Assembly: GCA_034530615.2 (NCBI GenBank)
Contig: JAVRCV020000065.1
Location: 1-64,000, forward strand
Origin: Aulosira sp. ZfuVER01
GTDB taxonomy: Bacteria > Cyanobacteriota > Cyanobacteriia > Cyanobacteriales > Nostocaceae
Direction of reading: 5' to 3'
Length of the DNA stretch: 64,000 nt
Part shown: positions 9,856-20,256 of the stretch, in pieces
Numbering within the stretch: the stretch's first letter is position 1
Layout: each line of letters starts with the position of its first letter
Notes under the pieces: generated by a model
The model's input: the letters and a program-made list of their open reading frames with translations, nothing else
Database searches by the model: none
Told to the model about the DNA's origin: nothing
Program-made: the position numbers and the translations under genes

Positions 9856-11625
9856 ATGCCGATCGCCTGTAAAAATGTTAATCAACTGTGGGCTTATATA
9901 TTGACGGAGACACTAAAGCGCCTAGGGTTGACTTGTGCCGTCATTTGTCCAGGTTCCCGTTCTACACCTCTAACAGTGGCCTTTGCCCAGCAAACGCCCG
10001 ATATTGAAGCAATTTCAATTCTGGATGAACGTTCCGCCGCTTTTTTTGCCTTAGGACAAGCAAAGGCTAGCGGCCGTCCTGTAGTACTTGTTTGCACATC
10101 TGGTACAGCAGGAGCAAACTTTTATCCGGCGGTGATTGAAGCTAGAGAAAGTCGCGTACCTCTATTGGTGTTAACTGCCGATAGACCACCAGAATTGCGA
10201 GATTGTCATTCTGGGCAAACGATAGATCAGTTGAAATTATATGGCACTTACCCAAACTGGCAAACAGAATTAGCTTTACCCTCCCCAGATATAGGAATGC
10301 TAGGTTATCTGCGACAAACAATAATCCATGCTTGGGAAAAATCGCAAACCCCCACCCAGGGGCCAGTACATCTAAATATTCCCTTGCGTGACCCCTTAGC
10401 ACCCATTCCCGATGGAACTGATTTCAGCTATTTAGAATCACAGTTTCACCCAGAAGAATTTTTTGCAGCAGTCACAAACTCCATCTCATTGCCCATTGCC
10501 CATTGCCCATTGCCCATTCCCCAACAATGGCAACAATGCGATCGCGGAATTATTATCGCTGGTGTTGCCCAACCACAGCAACCGCAGGAGTATTGTAGAG
10601 CGATCGCCCAACTTTCCCAAACCTTGAAATGGCCAGTCCTAGCCGAAGGACTCTCCCCAGTCAGAAATTACGCCGACTTCAACCCCTATTTAATTTCTAC
10701 CTACGACCAGATTTTGCGAAATCCCCAAGTCGCAAAACAGCTAACACCCGAAATAGTAATTCAAGTAGGAGAAATGCCCACAAGTAAAGAACTGCGTACT
10801 TGGGTAAGTACTACACAACCACGACGCTGGGTAATCGACCCCAGCGACCAAAACCTCGACCCTCTGCATGGGAGGACGATTCATTTGCGGATGAGTATTG
10901 AAGATTTGGGGACAGGGGACAAGGGGGACAAGGGGGACAAGGGGGAAAAAACTTCCTCGTCTCTTCCTGAATACTTGCAACTGTGGTGTACAGCAGAAAT
11001 GCAAGTTAGGGAAGCTATCGATCGGGAATTGGGGACAATGGAAGAGTTATTTGAAGGTAAAGCCGCCTGGTTACTTTCGCAAACTTTACCGCCGGGAACA
11101 CCGTTATTTATTGCCAACAGTATGCCCGTGCGAGATGTGGAATTTTTCTGGAAACCGAATAATTTAGGAGTGCGATCGCATTTTAACCGAGGTGCAAACG
11201 GCATTGATGGCACATTATCCACTGCTTTAGGAATTGCCCATCGCCATCAAAGTAGTGTGATGTTAACCGGAGATTTAGCTTTATTGCATGATACCAATGG
11301 TTTTTTAATCCGCAATAAATTTATTGGACATCTGACAATTTTGTTAATTAACAACAATGGCGGTGGGATTTTTGAAATGCTACCCATTGCCAAATTCGAC
11401 CCCCCATTTGAAGAGTTTTTTGGCACACCCCAAGATATTGATTTTGCCCAACTGTGCGCTACTTATGGTGTAGAGCATGAATTAATTACTTCTTGGCAGC
11501 AGTTACAGCGAAAATTACACCCGCTTCCAGATAAGAGAATTAGGGTTTTAGAGTTGCGGACAAATCGTAAGCTAGACGCTAAGTGGCGACAGGAGAATTT
11601 GCGTAAATTTGGAGTGGATATCTAG
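9856..11625 (+). CDS. menD: SEPHCHC synthase
   Basis: CPGSRSTPL, DERSAAFFALG, CTSGTA, NRGANGIDG, GDLALLHD and NNNGGGIF. Confidence 0.97.
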   Translation: MPIACKNVNQLWAYILTETLKRLGLTCAVICPGSRSTPLTVAFAQQTPDIEAISILDERSAAFFALGQAKASGRPVVLVCTSGTAGANFYPAVIEARESRVPLLVLTADRPPELRDCHSGQTIDQLKLYGTYPNWQTELALPSPDIGMLGYLRQTIIHAWEKSQTPTQGPVHLNIPLRDPLAPIPDGTDFSYLESQFHPEEFFAAVTNSISLPIAHCPLPIPQQWQQCDRGIIIAGVAQPQQPQEYCRAIAQLSQTLKWPVLAEGLSPVRNYADFNPYLISTYDQILRNPQVAKQLTPEIVIQVGEMPTSKELRTWVSTTQPRRWVIDPSDQNLDPLHGRTIHLRMSIEDLGTGDKGDKGDKGEKTSSSLPEYLQLWCTAEMQVREAIDRELGTMEELFEGKAAWLLSQTLPPGTPLFIANSMPVRDVEFFWKPNNLGVRSHFNRGANGIDGTLSTALGIAHRHQSSVMLTGDLALLHDTNGFLIRNKFIGHLTILLINNNGGGIFEMLPIAKFDPPFEEFFGTPQDIDFAQLCATYGVEHELITSWQQLQRKLHPLPDKRIRVLELRTNRKLDAKWRQENLRKFGVDI

Positions 11626-11669
11626 TGAAATGCTATTGATGCGATAGTACTACTCAACTGCTCTAAGAA

Positions 11670-11908
11670 ATGTTTTCAAATATTAGTAGTATTTTGAATC
11701 TTCCTGTTCAAAAATATTCTTTCCTTCTATGATGTAAGCTCGTGCTAGTTCATCTTGAGCATACTCAAAATTGCCCAGTTCAAATTGAGCTTTCGTCGTT
11801 TTAATTGTCTAACAATAAGCGATCGCACTCTTTCTTCCACAGCTTTTGATATACCCGCGTTTCTGCAAATGCTTCTTCATTTCGGGAAAGTTTATTTGTA
11901 TCCATCAT
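11670..11908 (-). pseudogene. Frameshifted remnant of an Rpn/DUF4351-type C-terminal domain
   Basis: Minus strand reads ...KLSRNEEAFAETRVYQ and, after a frameshift, KAVEERVRSLIVRQLKRR. 11793-11826 is nearly identical to 13013-13046. The 3' boundary is uncertain. Confidence 0.6.
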
Positions 11909-11952
11909 TATTTTACGGAGTGCGATCGCTCAGTTTCTGCTTTGCGAGGGAT

Positions 11953-12756
11953 TTAGCTTCTTGATTGGCCTTGTAACCACCCTTCCAAATCTGCAAGAGT
12001 AGAGAAATCCAACAAAGCGTCACCTAAAGCTTCCAACTGTTCCACAGATAACTCTTGAATCTGGGACAGAAGCGTATCAGGAATATTACCCACGCGCCGA
12101 TTTAATAGTCGTAAAATGATCGTTCTTTCTCCTTCTTCCTTCGCTTCCCGAATAGCCCGTGGTTCTTCCAAATTCAGTCCCAACATCGCTTCAATCTCCT
12201 CTCGACTCAGGGTAGAAAACTTGTAGAGTATAATCGTCGTCACTAAATCTATTATTGCTTGTTCCAGCAAATACCGCCCTGCTTCTAATGTTTCTGTATC
12301 AGAGGTAATATTTGTCAGCAACATTAACCCGATTGCCAAAGGTTGTTGTCGTAAATCCCCCAACTCATCCAAATATACCCGCCTGACTTGACCACTCTCC
12401 AACAAAGCGCGATGAATTGTGGAATTTGTAGGTTCAAGACTGCGAGAAGGAAAAATTATGACTCCAAACCAGTCATCGTAACGGATAGAGTGACGGTAGA
12501 GAAACAAAAATAATTCGCTAAAGAAGCGGTGATATAAGTCTTCATCCTTCTGAAACTGGACTTCTGCAAAAAAGACGATTTTGGAAACTGCATTAGCGGG
12601 AGGTAAAAACACTCCATCAATCCGGAACGCCGTTTCTTTTACCTCAACTGATTCAAACTGGTAATTTTCTGCTTCTGGGGGTGGTTCATCTACTAATTCA
12701 AACAGCAAAAGAGGAAATTGCTTAAATAATTTGTAGAAGATGGTGTCACGTCGCAT
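11953..12756 (-). CDS. Rpn-family PD-(D/E)xK protein (DUF2887 + DUF4351)
   Basis: MRRDTIFYKLF, SVEVKETAFRIDGVF, FAEVQFQKD and C-terminal QLEALGDALLDF. Confidence 0.92.
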   Translation of the reverse strand: MRRDTIFYKLFKQFPLLLFELVDEPPPEAENYQFESVEVKETAFRIDGVFLPPANAVSKIVFFAEVQFQKDEDLYHRFFSELFLFLYRHSIRYDDWFGVIIFPSRSLEPTNSTIHRALLESGQVRRVYLDELGDLRQQPLAIGLMLLTNITSDTETLEAGRYLLEQAIIDLVTTIILYKFSTLSREEIEAMLGLNLEEPRAIREAKEEGERTIILRLLNRRVGNIPDTLLSQIQELSVEQLEALGDALLDFSTLADLEGWLQGQSRS

Positions 12757-12815
12757 TTTTATTCCTCAACACCCAGACAATGACCAAATTGTAAAGGCTT
12801 GAGACACCAATTTTA

Positions 12816-12844
12816 GCGTAGGCGTAGCCCACCGCAGGTATCGC
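12816..12844. mobile_element. 21-nt SDR5-type insertion inside a HIP1 site
   Basis: GCG-taggcgtagcccaccgcaggt-ATCGC. Confidence 0.8.
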
Positions 12845-12871
12845 TCTTCCTCTTTGCGCCTTGGCGTGAGT

Positions 12872-13735
12872 TTACCCTCTTGCTTGACCTTGCAACCACC
12901 CTTCCAAATCAGCAAGAGTAGAAAAATCCAACAACGCCTCACCTAAAGCTTCCAACGTTTCCAGCGATAAAGCCTGAATCTGAGTCTGAAGTTCATCATT
13001 AAGCTCACCGAATCGTCGTTTTAATTGTCTAAGAATAAGCGATCGCGCTTCTTGTTCTCGACCAACTTCTCTTCCTTCTTCACGTGCTTCTTCTTTCGCT
13101 TCCCGAATAGCCCGTGGTTCTTCCTCCAAATTCAGTCCCAACATCGCTTCAATCTCCTCTCGACTTAAGGTAGAAAACTTGTAAACCAAAATCGTCGTTA
13201 TTAAATCTATTATTGCTTGCTCCGACTGTTGCTGTGCTTGCTCTAGCAAATACCGCCCTGCTTCCACTGTCTCTGGTTCAGAGGTGATATTTGTCAGCAA
13301 CATTAACCCGATTGCTAAAGGTTGTTGTCGTAAATCCCCCAACTCATCCAAATAGACACGCCGGACTTGACTACTCTCTAACAAAGCGCGATGAATCATT
13401 GAGTTTGAGGGTTCAAGACTGCGAGAAGGAAAAATTATTACCCCAAACCAGTCATCGTAACGGATGGAGTGGCGGTAGAGAAATAAAAACAACTCGCTAA
13501 AAAAGCGGTGATACAAGTCTTCGTCTTTTTGAAACTGCACCTCAGCAAAGAAAACTACTTTGGAAAGAGAATTGGCGGGAGGTAGAAATACTCCATCAAT
13601 CCGGAACGCTGTTTCTTTCACCTCAACCGATTCAAACTGGTAGCCAGCTGCATCTGGCGGTGGTTCATCTACCAATTCAAACAATAATCCCGGAAATTGC
13701 TTGAACAATTTGTAAAAGATGGAGTCGCGGCGCAT
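12872..13735 (-). CDS. Rpn-family PD-(D/E)xK protein (DUF2887 + DUF4351), tandem paralog
   Basis: Highly similar to 11953-12756; ATG at 13735 (MRRDSIF) chosen by alignment to the paralog. Confidence 0.92.
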   Translation of the reverse strand: MRRDSIFYKLFKQFPGLLFELVDEPPPDAAGYQFESVEVKETAFRIDGVFLPPANSLSKVVFFAEVQFQKDEDLYHRFFSELFLFLYRHSIRYDDWFGVIIFPSRSLEPSNSMIHRALLESSQVRRVYLDELGDLRQQPLAIGLMLLTNITSEPETVEAGRYLLEQAQQQSEQAIIDLITTILVYKFSTLSREEIEAMLGLNLEEEPRAIREAKEEAREEGREVGREQEARSLILRQLKRRFGELNDELQTQIQALSLETLEALGEALLDFSTLADLEGWLQGQARG

Positions 13736-13793
13736 TTTTCTACAGCAAGTCAATTACCAGCCCTGATTGTAAAGGCTAGAGAGACTAATTTTA

Positions 13794-13822
13794 GCGTAGG
13801 CGTAGCCCACCGCAGGTATCGC
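13794..13822. mobile_element. 21-nt SDR5-type insertion inside a HIP1 site
   Basis: Identical to 12816-12844. Confidence 0.8.
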
Positions 13823-13875
13823 TTGTCCCTGCGTCCGCGATAAAATTCTCAAGCACAATCGCGCACTTCATTCCC

Positions 13876-14709
13876 ATGCAAATTAACTGGCAAACTGCCA
13901 AAACCTACGAAGATATTTTGTATCAAAAAACCGATGGCATTGCGAAAATTACCATCAATCGTCCCCATAAACGCAATGCTTTCCGTCCTAAAACTATTTT
14001 TGAACTGTACGATGCTTTTTGTGATGCCCGCGAAGATACGACAATTGGGGTAGTTTTATTTACGGGAGCAGGCCCCCATACTGATGGCAAATATGCTTTT
14101 TGTGCTGGTGGCGATCAAAGTGTCCGAGGACACGGGGGTTATGTGGATGATGCTGGTGTTCCCCGTTTAAATGTACTGGACTTGCAACGTCTGATTCGTT
14201 CCATGCCAAAAGTCGTGATTGCCTTGGTAGCTGGATATGCGATCGGTGGTGGACACGTCTTACATTTAATATGTGACCTAACAATTGCTGCGGATAACGC
14301 GGTTTTTGGGCAGACTGGCCCCAAAGTTGGTAGCTTTGATGGTGGCTTTGGCGCTAGCTACCTCGCCCGCGTTGTTGGACAAAAAAAAGCGCGAGAAATT
14401 TGGTTTCTCTGCCGTCAATATAATGCCCAACAAGCCCTAGATATGGGCTTAGTTAATATCGTTGTGCCAGTAGAACAATTAGAAGCCGAAGGTATTCAAT
14501 GGGCACAAGAAATTTTAGAAAAAAGCCCGATCGCAATTCGTTGTCTCAAAGCAGCATTCAACGCTGATTGTGACGGACAAGCTGGTTTACAAGAACTAGC
14601 TGGAAATGCCACCCTACTGTATTACATGACAGAAGAGGGTTCTGAAGGTAAACAAGCGTTTTTAGAAAAGCGCCAACCAAATTTTCGTGACTTTCCTTGG
14701 CTACCTTAG
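13876..14709 (+). CDS. menB: 1,4-dihydroxy-2-naphthoyl-CoA synthase
   Basis: [30 protein letters not shown] and [12 protein letters not shown]. Confidence 0.98.
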   Translation: MQINWQTAKTYEDILYQKTDGIAKITINRPHKRNAFRPKTIFELYDAFCDAREDTTIGVVLFTGAGPHTDGKYAFCAGGDQSVRGHGGYVDDAGVPRLNVLDLQRLIRSMPKVVIALVAGYAIGGGHVLHLICDLTIAADNAVFGQTGPKVGSFDGGFGASYLARVVGQKKAREIWFLCRQYNAQQALDMGLVNIVVPVEQLEAEGIQWAQEILEKSPIAIRCLKAAFNADCDGQAGLQELAGNATLLYYMTEEGSEGKQAFLEKRQPNFRDFPWLP

Positions 14710-14715
14710 AAGTGC

Positions 14716-14749
14716 AAAAATCGCACCTTAAATATAAGGCGCGATTTTT
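14716..14749. terminator. Bidirectional intrinsic terminator
   Basis: aaaaatcgcacctta-aata-taaggcgcgattttt between convergent genes. Confidence 0.75.
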
Positions 14750-14902
14750 CTAGAAGTTAATTTTGACAGCACCAGAAATGTTAAAGGCAAATTTTAATTT
14801 CAAACAAAACACAAACTCATACCAAGTTTGTTTAACTATAAGTCTTACCGATTCTACATTTAAAATCCAAAATTGGTATTAGTAGGGGAATAATATGGAT
14901 AG

Positions 14903-15217
14903 CTAAATTAGTACTGTTTCAGTTTTTGCCTGTTCAGCAACACAGGTAGGAGTTTCTTCAATGGGAACAAGACAGGTAGTTTCTAAATCTGAAGCTAAAG
15001 TGGCAGAAGCAACTAGCACTGGTGTAGCATCTGGCAGACTCCAAGCACCTTCTAAAGTTTCCCAAGAAGGTGCAAAAGGTGGAAGTGCTAAAGAGCAAGC
15101 TTTCCAACTTCCTTGAACTGGTGCGCCTAATTGTTGGCACATTCCACCACGACGACCCTCTGGGTTGTAATGGCGACAATATCTACAGGCAGATGTCAAA
15201 AATTTATTAGGTTTCAT
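14903..15217 (-). CDS. Hypothetical protein with Cys motifs
   Basis: 104 aa with ATG start; CRYCRHY-PEGRRGGMC and WKACSLALPPF. Confidence 0.75.
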   Translation of the reverse strand: MKPNKFLTSACRYCRHYNPEGRRGGMCQQLGAPVQGSWKACSLALPPFAPSWETLEGAWSLPDATPVLVASATLASDLETTCLVPIEETPTCVAEQAKTETVLI

Positions 15218-16291
15218 TTGGGTTCATCTTTTAGTGCTGTTGAGGGCTAATTTATCTGTTTATATTTTCCTTCTAGATATAAATACGTAGTAAAGCCAAA
15301 ATGCATTATTCTGTCTAGGTTTTAGCGATCCCAAGGAAAAAATTAACTTTATGATGTTTTTAGAATCTTGTTATATTTTTCAATGATCGCTAGAGTGGAT
15401 ACATGATAAATTTTGACTAAAAACTATTGGGGATCAACGCTAAAAGCAAAAGTTTTGATTTGCTCAACCTTTTAATCTCATCCTTAAGGCATAGTATTAA
15501 AGGTAGATTCACACGCTTATCGATCATACTTATGGCATATTTCCAGCCAAAGCTGTCTAGCTAATACAAAACTAGAATTATTTGGGAAAGCAACAGTAAC
15601 CCACTTCAGCATCAATTTTGGAAATTGAGAATCAGCAAGTACCTTTTGCTAAGAATGCTGGTTGTTTGAACAAATGCCTTTAAGGTGACATGACAAAAAT
15701 AGTCATAGCAACCTGACTATGGCAGTTTTGAGAAGCATTAAGCACATCTACAAAACGCACAATAGTAATTTAGCAATCATCTCAAAAGTAATTTATAAAA
15801 TCAAAATAAAATTCCAGGGTATGCGCCATAGTAATTTTGGATTGGATATTTTGTTGTCAGTTGAGCTACTTGCTGGCATTAGTTTCCTTGTGCCGCAACC
15901 TCTCTAACAAGCATTTGCAATGAAAAGTCTTTAGTAAAAACTCGAGCTAGTAATCTTAAACAATATTATTTATCCCAATTTCGGATACAAATAAACACAT
16001 ATATATGAATAAAAATTAAGATATATAAATCAAAAACAGCTAGCTGAAAAATGGGCATGGGAAAGACAGATGTTCATGGCAAGTTTGGTGAAAAAATCTG
16101 GCGTGAATGGCTTGCCTAGAAAATAGGGGATAGGGCAGGAGGCATAAGATTTTTGTGGGTGCGATCGCCTACTTCAAAATAGGTAACGCGGGATGAGAAA
16201 GCCCTGACAAGTGTAGGTTTTGAGACTGAGGAGGAGAAGAACCAATGACAAATGACTATTGCCTATTGCCCAATGCCCCATGCCCAAAATT

Positions 16292-16837
16292 TCATAACTG
16301 CTTGGCAGCACAAAAAGAACATATCTGCCACCGCTGGAGTTCGCCGGGTGGCGTGGGACATTGACACTGGGGACAAAGGGGTAAACCATGCGATCGCTCT
16401 TGCATTACCTTAGCCCAATGCCCAAAAGCGGTATTTGGATTAGTAGTATGAGATGTTGTCTGGCTAGGAGAGTGATTGACAGTACCTAGATAACTGGGAT
16501 GTTCGCTTGGTAAAACTGTGATTTGTGGCTTTTCTGTTTCTGGAGAAGATTGCCACCCCGCAGTCGAAAAGCGTATATCTATCAAAGGTGTGGGCAGTTT
16601 TGCATTCAACTTCAACAGTAAAGTCTGACGCCCAAAAGTTAGGTTTTGCGCCCAAGCCGCGCTAGAAGTTGCCACTCGTAAAACATCACGCTGAATCGAC
16701 AATGGTCGAGTATGTTTAGCAACTACAACTCCGACAACTTCTGCCCAAAATTGTAGCAAGCGTTGAAAAGGCTGTTCTTGCCATTGAGCCTGCTTTTCCA
16801 GAACACCTAAAATATCAGTAACTGACTTAAACGACAT
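16292..16837 (-). CDS. DUF721/DciA-family protein with C-terminal Zn ribbon
   Basis: WAEVVG, HTRP, LRVATSSAAWAQNL, IDIRF; CPQC...CSFC. Confidence 0.85.
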   Translation of the reverse strand: MSFKSVTDILGVLEKQAQWQEQPFQRLLQFWAEVVGVVVAKHTRPLSIQRDVLRVATSSAAWAQNLTFGRQTLLLKLNAKLPTPLIDIRFSTAGWQSSPETEKPQITVLPSEHPSYLGTVNHSPSQTTSHTTNPNTAFGHWAKVMQERSHGLPLCPQCQCPTPPGELQRWQICSFCAAKQL

Positions 16838-17041
16838 TTTGCAAAAAAAGCATCAAAATTGAGCTTGGTTTTGGGATCTATACTACAAAAATTTATTCAA
16901 GATGCTAAATAGAAACGCTATATTTAGCAAACGCCGCTATTTAATACGTTTCTGCCTGTGAGTGGGATGCTGTTAACACTCCCACAAGCAGTAGTCAGTA
17001 AAAAATAATAACTATAATATGTCCGGCTTTGTATCAGCTTT

Positions 17042-18319
17042 ATGGAGCAGGCAATGAGTCAAAACCCTCGAATCGATTCTGGCAGTCAATCATCTAATAA
17101 AACACCTGGTTTAAAGCCAGTACTAGGTGCTGCACTGGCAAGTTTAGAAGTACAGCTAGATCAAGAGTTAGCCAGATACCGACGCACACGCAACAGTGCA
17201 AGAATTGCAAACCCACCCCGTGTAGTTAGTTATATTGGCAGTTCACCGCAAGCGATCGCCGCAGCAATTCTAGAGCAATCTCAAGCAGCAGAAATCAACC
17301 CCAGCATATCACCTGCGGCCATATCCGATACTCATCAGATAGAAGCAGCACCAAATACAGCACAGTTTGAAGTTGAGGATATGGATCATCTCCTGCTGTC
17401 GCCCACCCCAGAGATTACCCAAACACCAACTCCACCGCACTTAGAAAATCCTGCTAGCAGCATAGTACCTACAGGACAGGCTCATCAGGACGAAAATATC
17501 TTAGAGGCAGATGAAACCCCTACCCAGCCTGATGACTACTTAGAATCTAGCGAAGCACTGTTGCGGAGTGCGACAGATGAACAACCACAAACGAAAAAGC
17601 CCAGCACTTCTAACGATGGTATTCTCTCACCTTTAGGTATTGGTTCTATGCTACTGCTGCTAGTAGCAAGTCTCACTTTAGGCTATGTAGCGTTTAATCC
17701 TAAAGGTCTGACACAGTTGAATTTCAGTAAATTATTTAGTTCTAAATCATCTAGCCCTACGGAAAATAATACAGGAGTTGTTGCCAATTCCCAACCGCAG
17801 CCTGAGCCATTACTTACTCCTATACCCAAGTATCCCAATCTCGCGGCCAAAGAGTTTCCCGAAGTCAAAGATCCCAATGATGTTGTTGGCTTAAAACCTA
17901 AAGCCCAAGCAAATCCCGTAGTATTGTCCAACCCCATCCCCGCACAACCAGTTGCGCCCCCAGTACAACCCCCCATAGAATTACCTTCAGCACAACCTGT
18001 TAATCCGATCGCCGTAGCACCGTCACCAACAGTACAGCCTGTAGCTCCCAGCAATTTACCTGTAGAGCCTAACTCACCAGCCATCACCCCAACTGAATTG
18101 GCAAAACTAAAACCGTCAGCAGATGGTTTTTATCATATAGTCATCGATAATCAAAATGAGCGATCTTTCGCCTCGGCACGGCAAGTAGTTCCCGATGCTT
18201 ATTTATCAACCGATAACAAGTTGATTTTCCTGGGTGCTTTGAAAACTCAAAAGGAAGTCCAAAAACAGCTGCAACTGCTACAGAAAAACGGAATTCAAGC
18301 TAGAGTGCAGCAGCCTTAA
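17042..18319 (+). CDS. Hypothetical single-pass membrane protein, Pro-rich linker, SPOR-like C-terminus
   Basis: LEVQLDQELARYRR, one TM helix (LGIGSMLLLLVASLTLGYV) and a C-terminal beta-alpha domain. Confidence 0.75.
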   Translation: MEQAMSQNPRIDSGSQSSNKTPGLKPVLGAALASLEVQLDQELARYRRTRNSARIANPPRVVSYIGSSPQAIAAAILEQSQAAEINPSISPAAISDTHQIEAAPNTAQFEVEDMDHLLLSPTPEITQTPTPPHLENPASSIVPTGQAHQDENILEADETPTQPDDYLESSEALLRSATDEQPQTKKPSTSNDGILSPLGIGSMLLLLVASLTLGYVAFNPKGLTQLNFSKLFSSKSSSPTENNTGVVANSQPQPEPLLTPIPKYPNLAAKEFPEVKDPNDVVGLKPKAQANPVVLSNPIPAQPVAPPVQPPIELPSAQPVNPIAVAPSPTVQPVAPSNLPVEPNSPAITPTELAKLKPSADGFYHIVIDNQNERSFASARQVVPDAYLSTDNKLIFLGALKTQKEVQKQLQLLQKNGIQARVQQP

Positions 18320-18349
18320 AGAGGCAATAGGTATAGGACATGGGGTATG

Positions 18350-18467
18350 GGGCATGGGCCAAACAACGAGTGTGGGAGGTGTGGGAAGATGGGGAAGAAC
18401 TAAGTATGGTTGCTTTCTCCCCTCTCTCCCCACACTCCCCTCTCTCCCCACACTCCCTTGTCCCCCT
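18350..18467 (+). repeat. Dispersed hairpin repeat, copy 1
   Basis: Near-identical to the reverse complement of 20257-20356, plus one extra 18-nt unit. Confidence 0.9.
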
Positions 18468-18512
18468 TATCCCCCCTACTAGTGACTGGCAAACAGTGAA
18501 TGGAGAGCCGAC

Positions 18513-19226
18513 ATGGAAGTGATGAAGCGTATCATGCGTGTGTTTCGGGCTAACCTTAATAGTTTGCTCGGCAGTGCGGAAGATCCAGAAAAGATTTTGG
18601 AAAAAACCGTCTTGGAGATGCAGGAAAATTTGATGCAACTGCGGCGGGGAGTAGCACAAGCGATCGCCATCCAAAAACGTACCGAACGCCAAGCAACTGC
18701 TGCTGAGTCTACAGCCGAAGAATGGTATCGCCGCGCCCAACTAGCACTGCAACAAGGTAACGAAACGCTAGCACGGGAAGCTCTCACCAAACGTCGAGTT
18801 TATCAAGAAACTGCTAAAGCTCTCTCTAGTCAAAAATCAGAGCAAACCGATTTGGTTGATAAACTCAAACAGGATATGCGAACCCTGGAGTTAAAAATTT
18901 CGGAAGCAAAAACTAAAAAAGATCTGTACATTGCCCGCGCCCGTTCGGCGGAAGCTTCTGTTCGACTCCAGGAAATGCTTAGTGGAGTTTCTTCTACCAG
19001 CAGCTTAAATGCTTTTGAGCGCATGGAAGAAAAAGTGTTGCAGATAGAAGCTCAATCAGAAGCCATAGCTCAACTCGGTGGCGATGATCTGCAAAAGAAA
19101 TTTGCTGCTTTGGAATCCACAAATGATATTGATGCCGAACTAGCAGTGATGAAAGAGCAAGTTTTAGATGATGTAAATAACACGCAAATACAACAGCAGT
19201 TACCCAAAAGTCAAGATCCTGAATGA
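18513..19226 (+). CDS. pspA: PspA/IM30 family protein
   Basis: RANLNSLLGSAEDPEKILE, EEWYRRAQLAL and AFERMEEKV. Confidence 0.9.
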   Translation: MEVMKRIMRVFRANLNSLLGSAEDPEKILEKTVLEMQENLMQLRRGVAQAIAIQKRTERQATAAESTAEEWYRRAQLALQQGNETLAREALTKRRVYQETAKALSSQKSEQTDLVDKLKQDMRTLELKISEAKTKKDLYIARARSAEASVRLQEMLSGVSSTSSLNAFERMEEKVLQIEAQSEAIAQLGGDDLQKKFAALESTNDIDAELAVMKEQVLDDVNNTQIQQQLPKSQDPE

Positions 19227-19386
19227 TTGGGCAATTACCGAGGCGGGGGTATATCTTAACAATTAAGGGGTGTTGAGAGGTACTGTTCCAGGCCGGAAAG
19301 ATTACATTGGAATAAGTAGTTATTAAACAGTAAAAAGCTTAACTGTCCAAAAACTTGCGTAAACAACACAAGGAAAAAACAAACTT

Positions 19387-20166
19387 ATGGGATTATTTGA
19401 TCGTATTAAGCGAGTAGTCAGTGCTAACCTCAATGACCTGGTCAATAAAGCTGAAGACCCTGAAAAAATGCTGGAACAAGCCATCCTGGAGATGCAGGAA
19501 GACTTAGTACAGCTGCGTCAGGGTGTTGCTCAATCGATCGCTGCTCAAAAACGCACTGAGAAGCAGTACAATGATGCCCAAAATGAAATTAATAAGTGGC
19601 AGCGTAATGCCCAATTAGCACTGCAAAAAGGTGATGAAAACCTAGCACGGCAAGCCCTAGAACGCAAAAAGACTTACACAGAAACTAGCACTGCGCTCAA
19701 AACTAGCCTCGATCAGCAAAACGTTCAAGTTGACACCCTCAAGCGCAACTTAATTCAGCTAGAAAGCAAGATTTCTGAAGCTAAGACCAAGAAAGAAATG
19801 CTCAAAGCTCGGATTACCACTGCTAAAGCCCAAGAGCAACTCCAAAGCATGGTAAGTGGTATGAATACCAGCAGTGCCATGTCAGCTTTTGAGCGCATGG
19901 AAGAAAAAGTCTTAATGCAAGAAGCTAGGGCACAATCCGCAGCAGAGTTGGCAGGTGCAGATTTAGAAACCCAATTTGCCCGTTTGGAATCTGGTAGTGA
20001 TGTTGATGATGAATTGGCAGCTTTAAAAGCTCAAATGACCCTAGGGCCTGCTAGTTCACCCAATCAACCCCAATTACCACCGCAACAACAAACCACATCT
20101 CCTAAATCTAATGAAGTGGTAGATGCTGAGTTGGATTCTTTACGCAAGCAATTGGATCAGATGTAA
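19387..20166 (+). CDS. vipp1: Vipp1/IM30
   Basis: MGLFDRIKRVV, KAEDPEKMLEQ and the extra C-terminal helix VVDAELDSLRKQL. Confidence 0.92.
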   Translation: MGLFDRIKRVVSANLNDLVNKAEDPEKMLEQAILEMQEDLVQLRQGVAQSIAAQKRTEKQYNDAQNEINKWQRNAQLALQKGDENLARQALERKKTYTETSTALKTSLDQQNVQVDTLKRNLIQLESKISEAKTKKEMLKARITTAKAQEQLQSMVSGMNTSSAMSAFERMEEKVLMQEARAQSAAELAGADLETQFARLESGSDVDDELAALKAQMTLGPASSPNQPQLPPQQQTTSPKSNEVVDAELDSLRKQLDQM

Positions 20167-20256
20167 CTTTGTTAGATAACTTCTTAAAGCTAGTCCCACA
20201 CCTTTTGGTTGTGGGATTTTGCTTCATTAGTCCTGAGCCAGGGGATAAGGGAGATG

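Noticed and set aside
11953..13735. Rpn genes as IS transposases
   Set aside because: No terminal inverted repeats, target duplications or DDE/HUH motifs; they are PD-(D/E)xK-type proteins.
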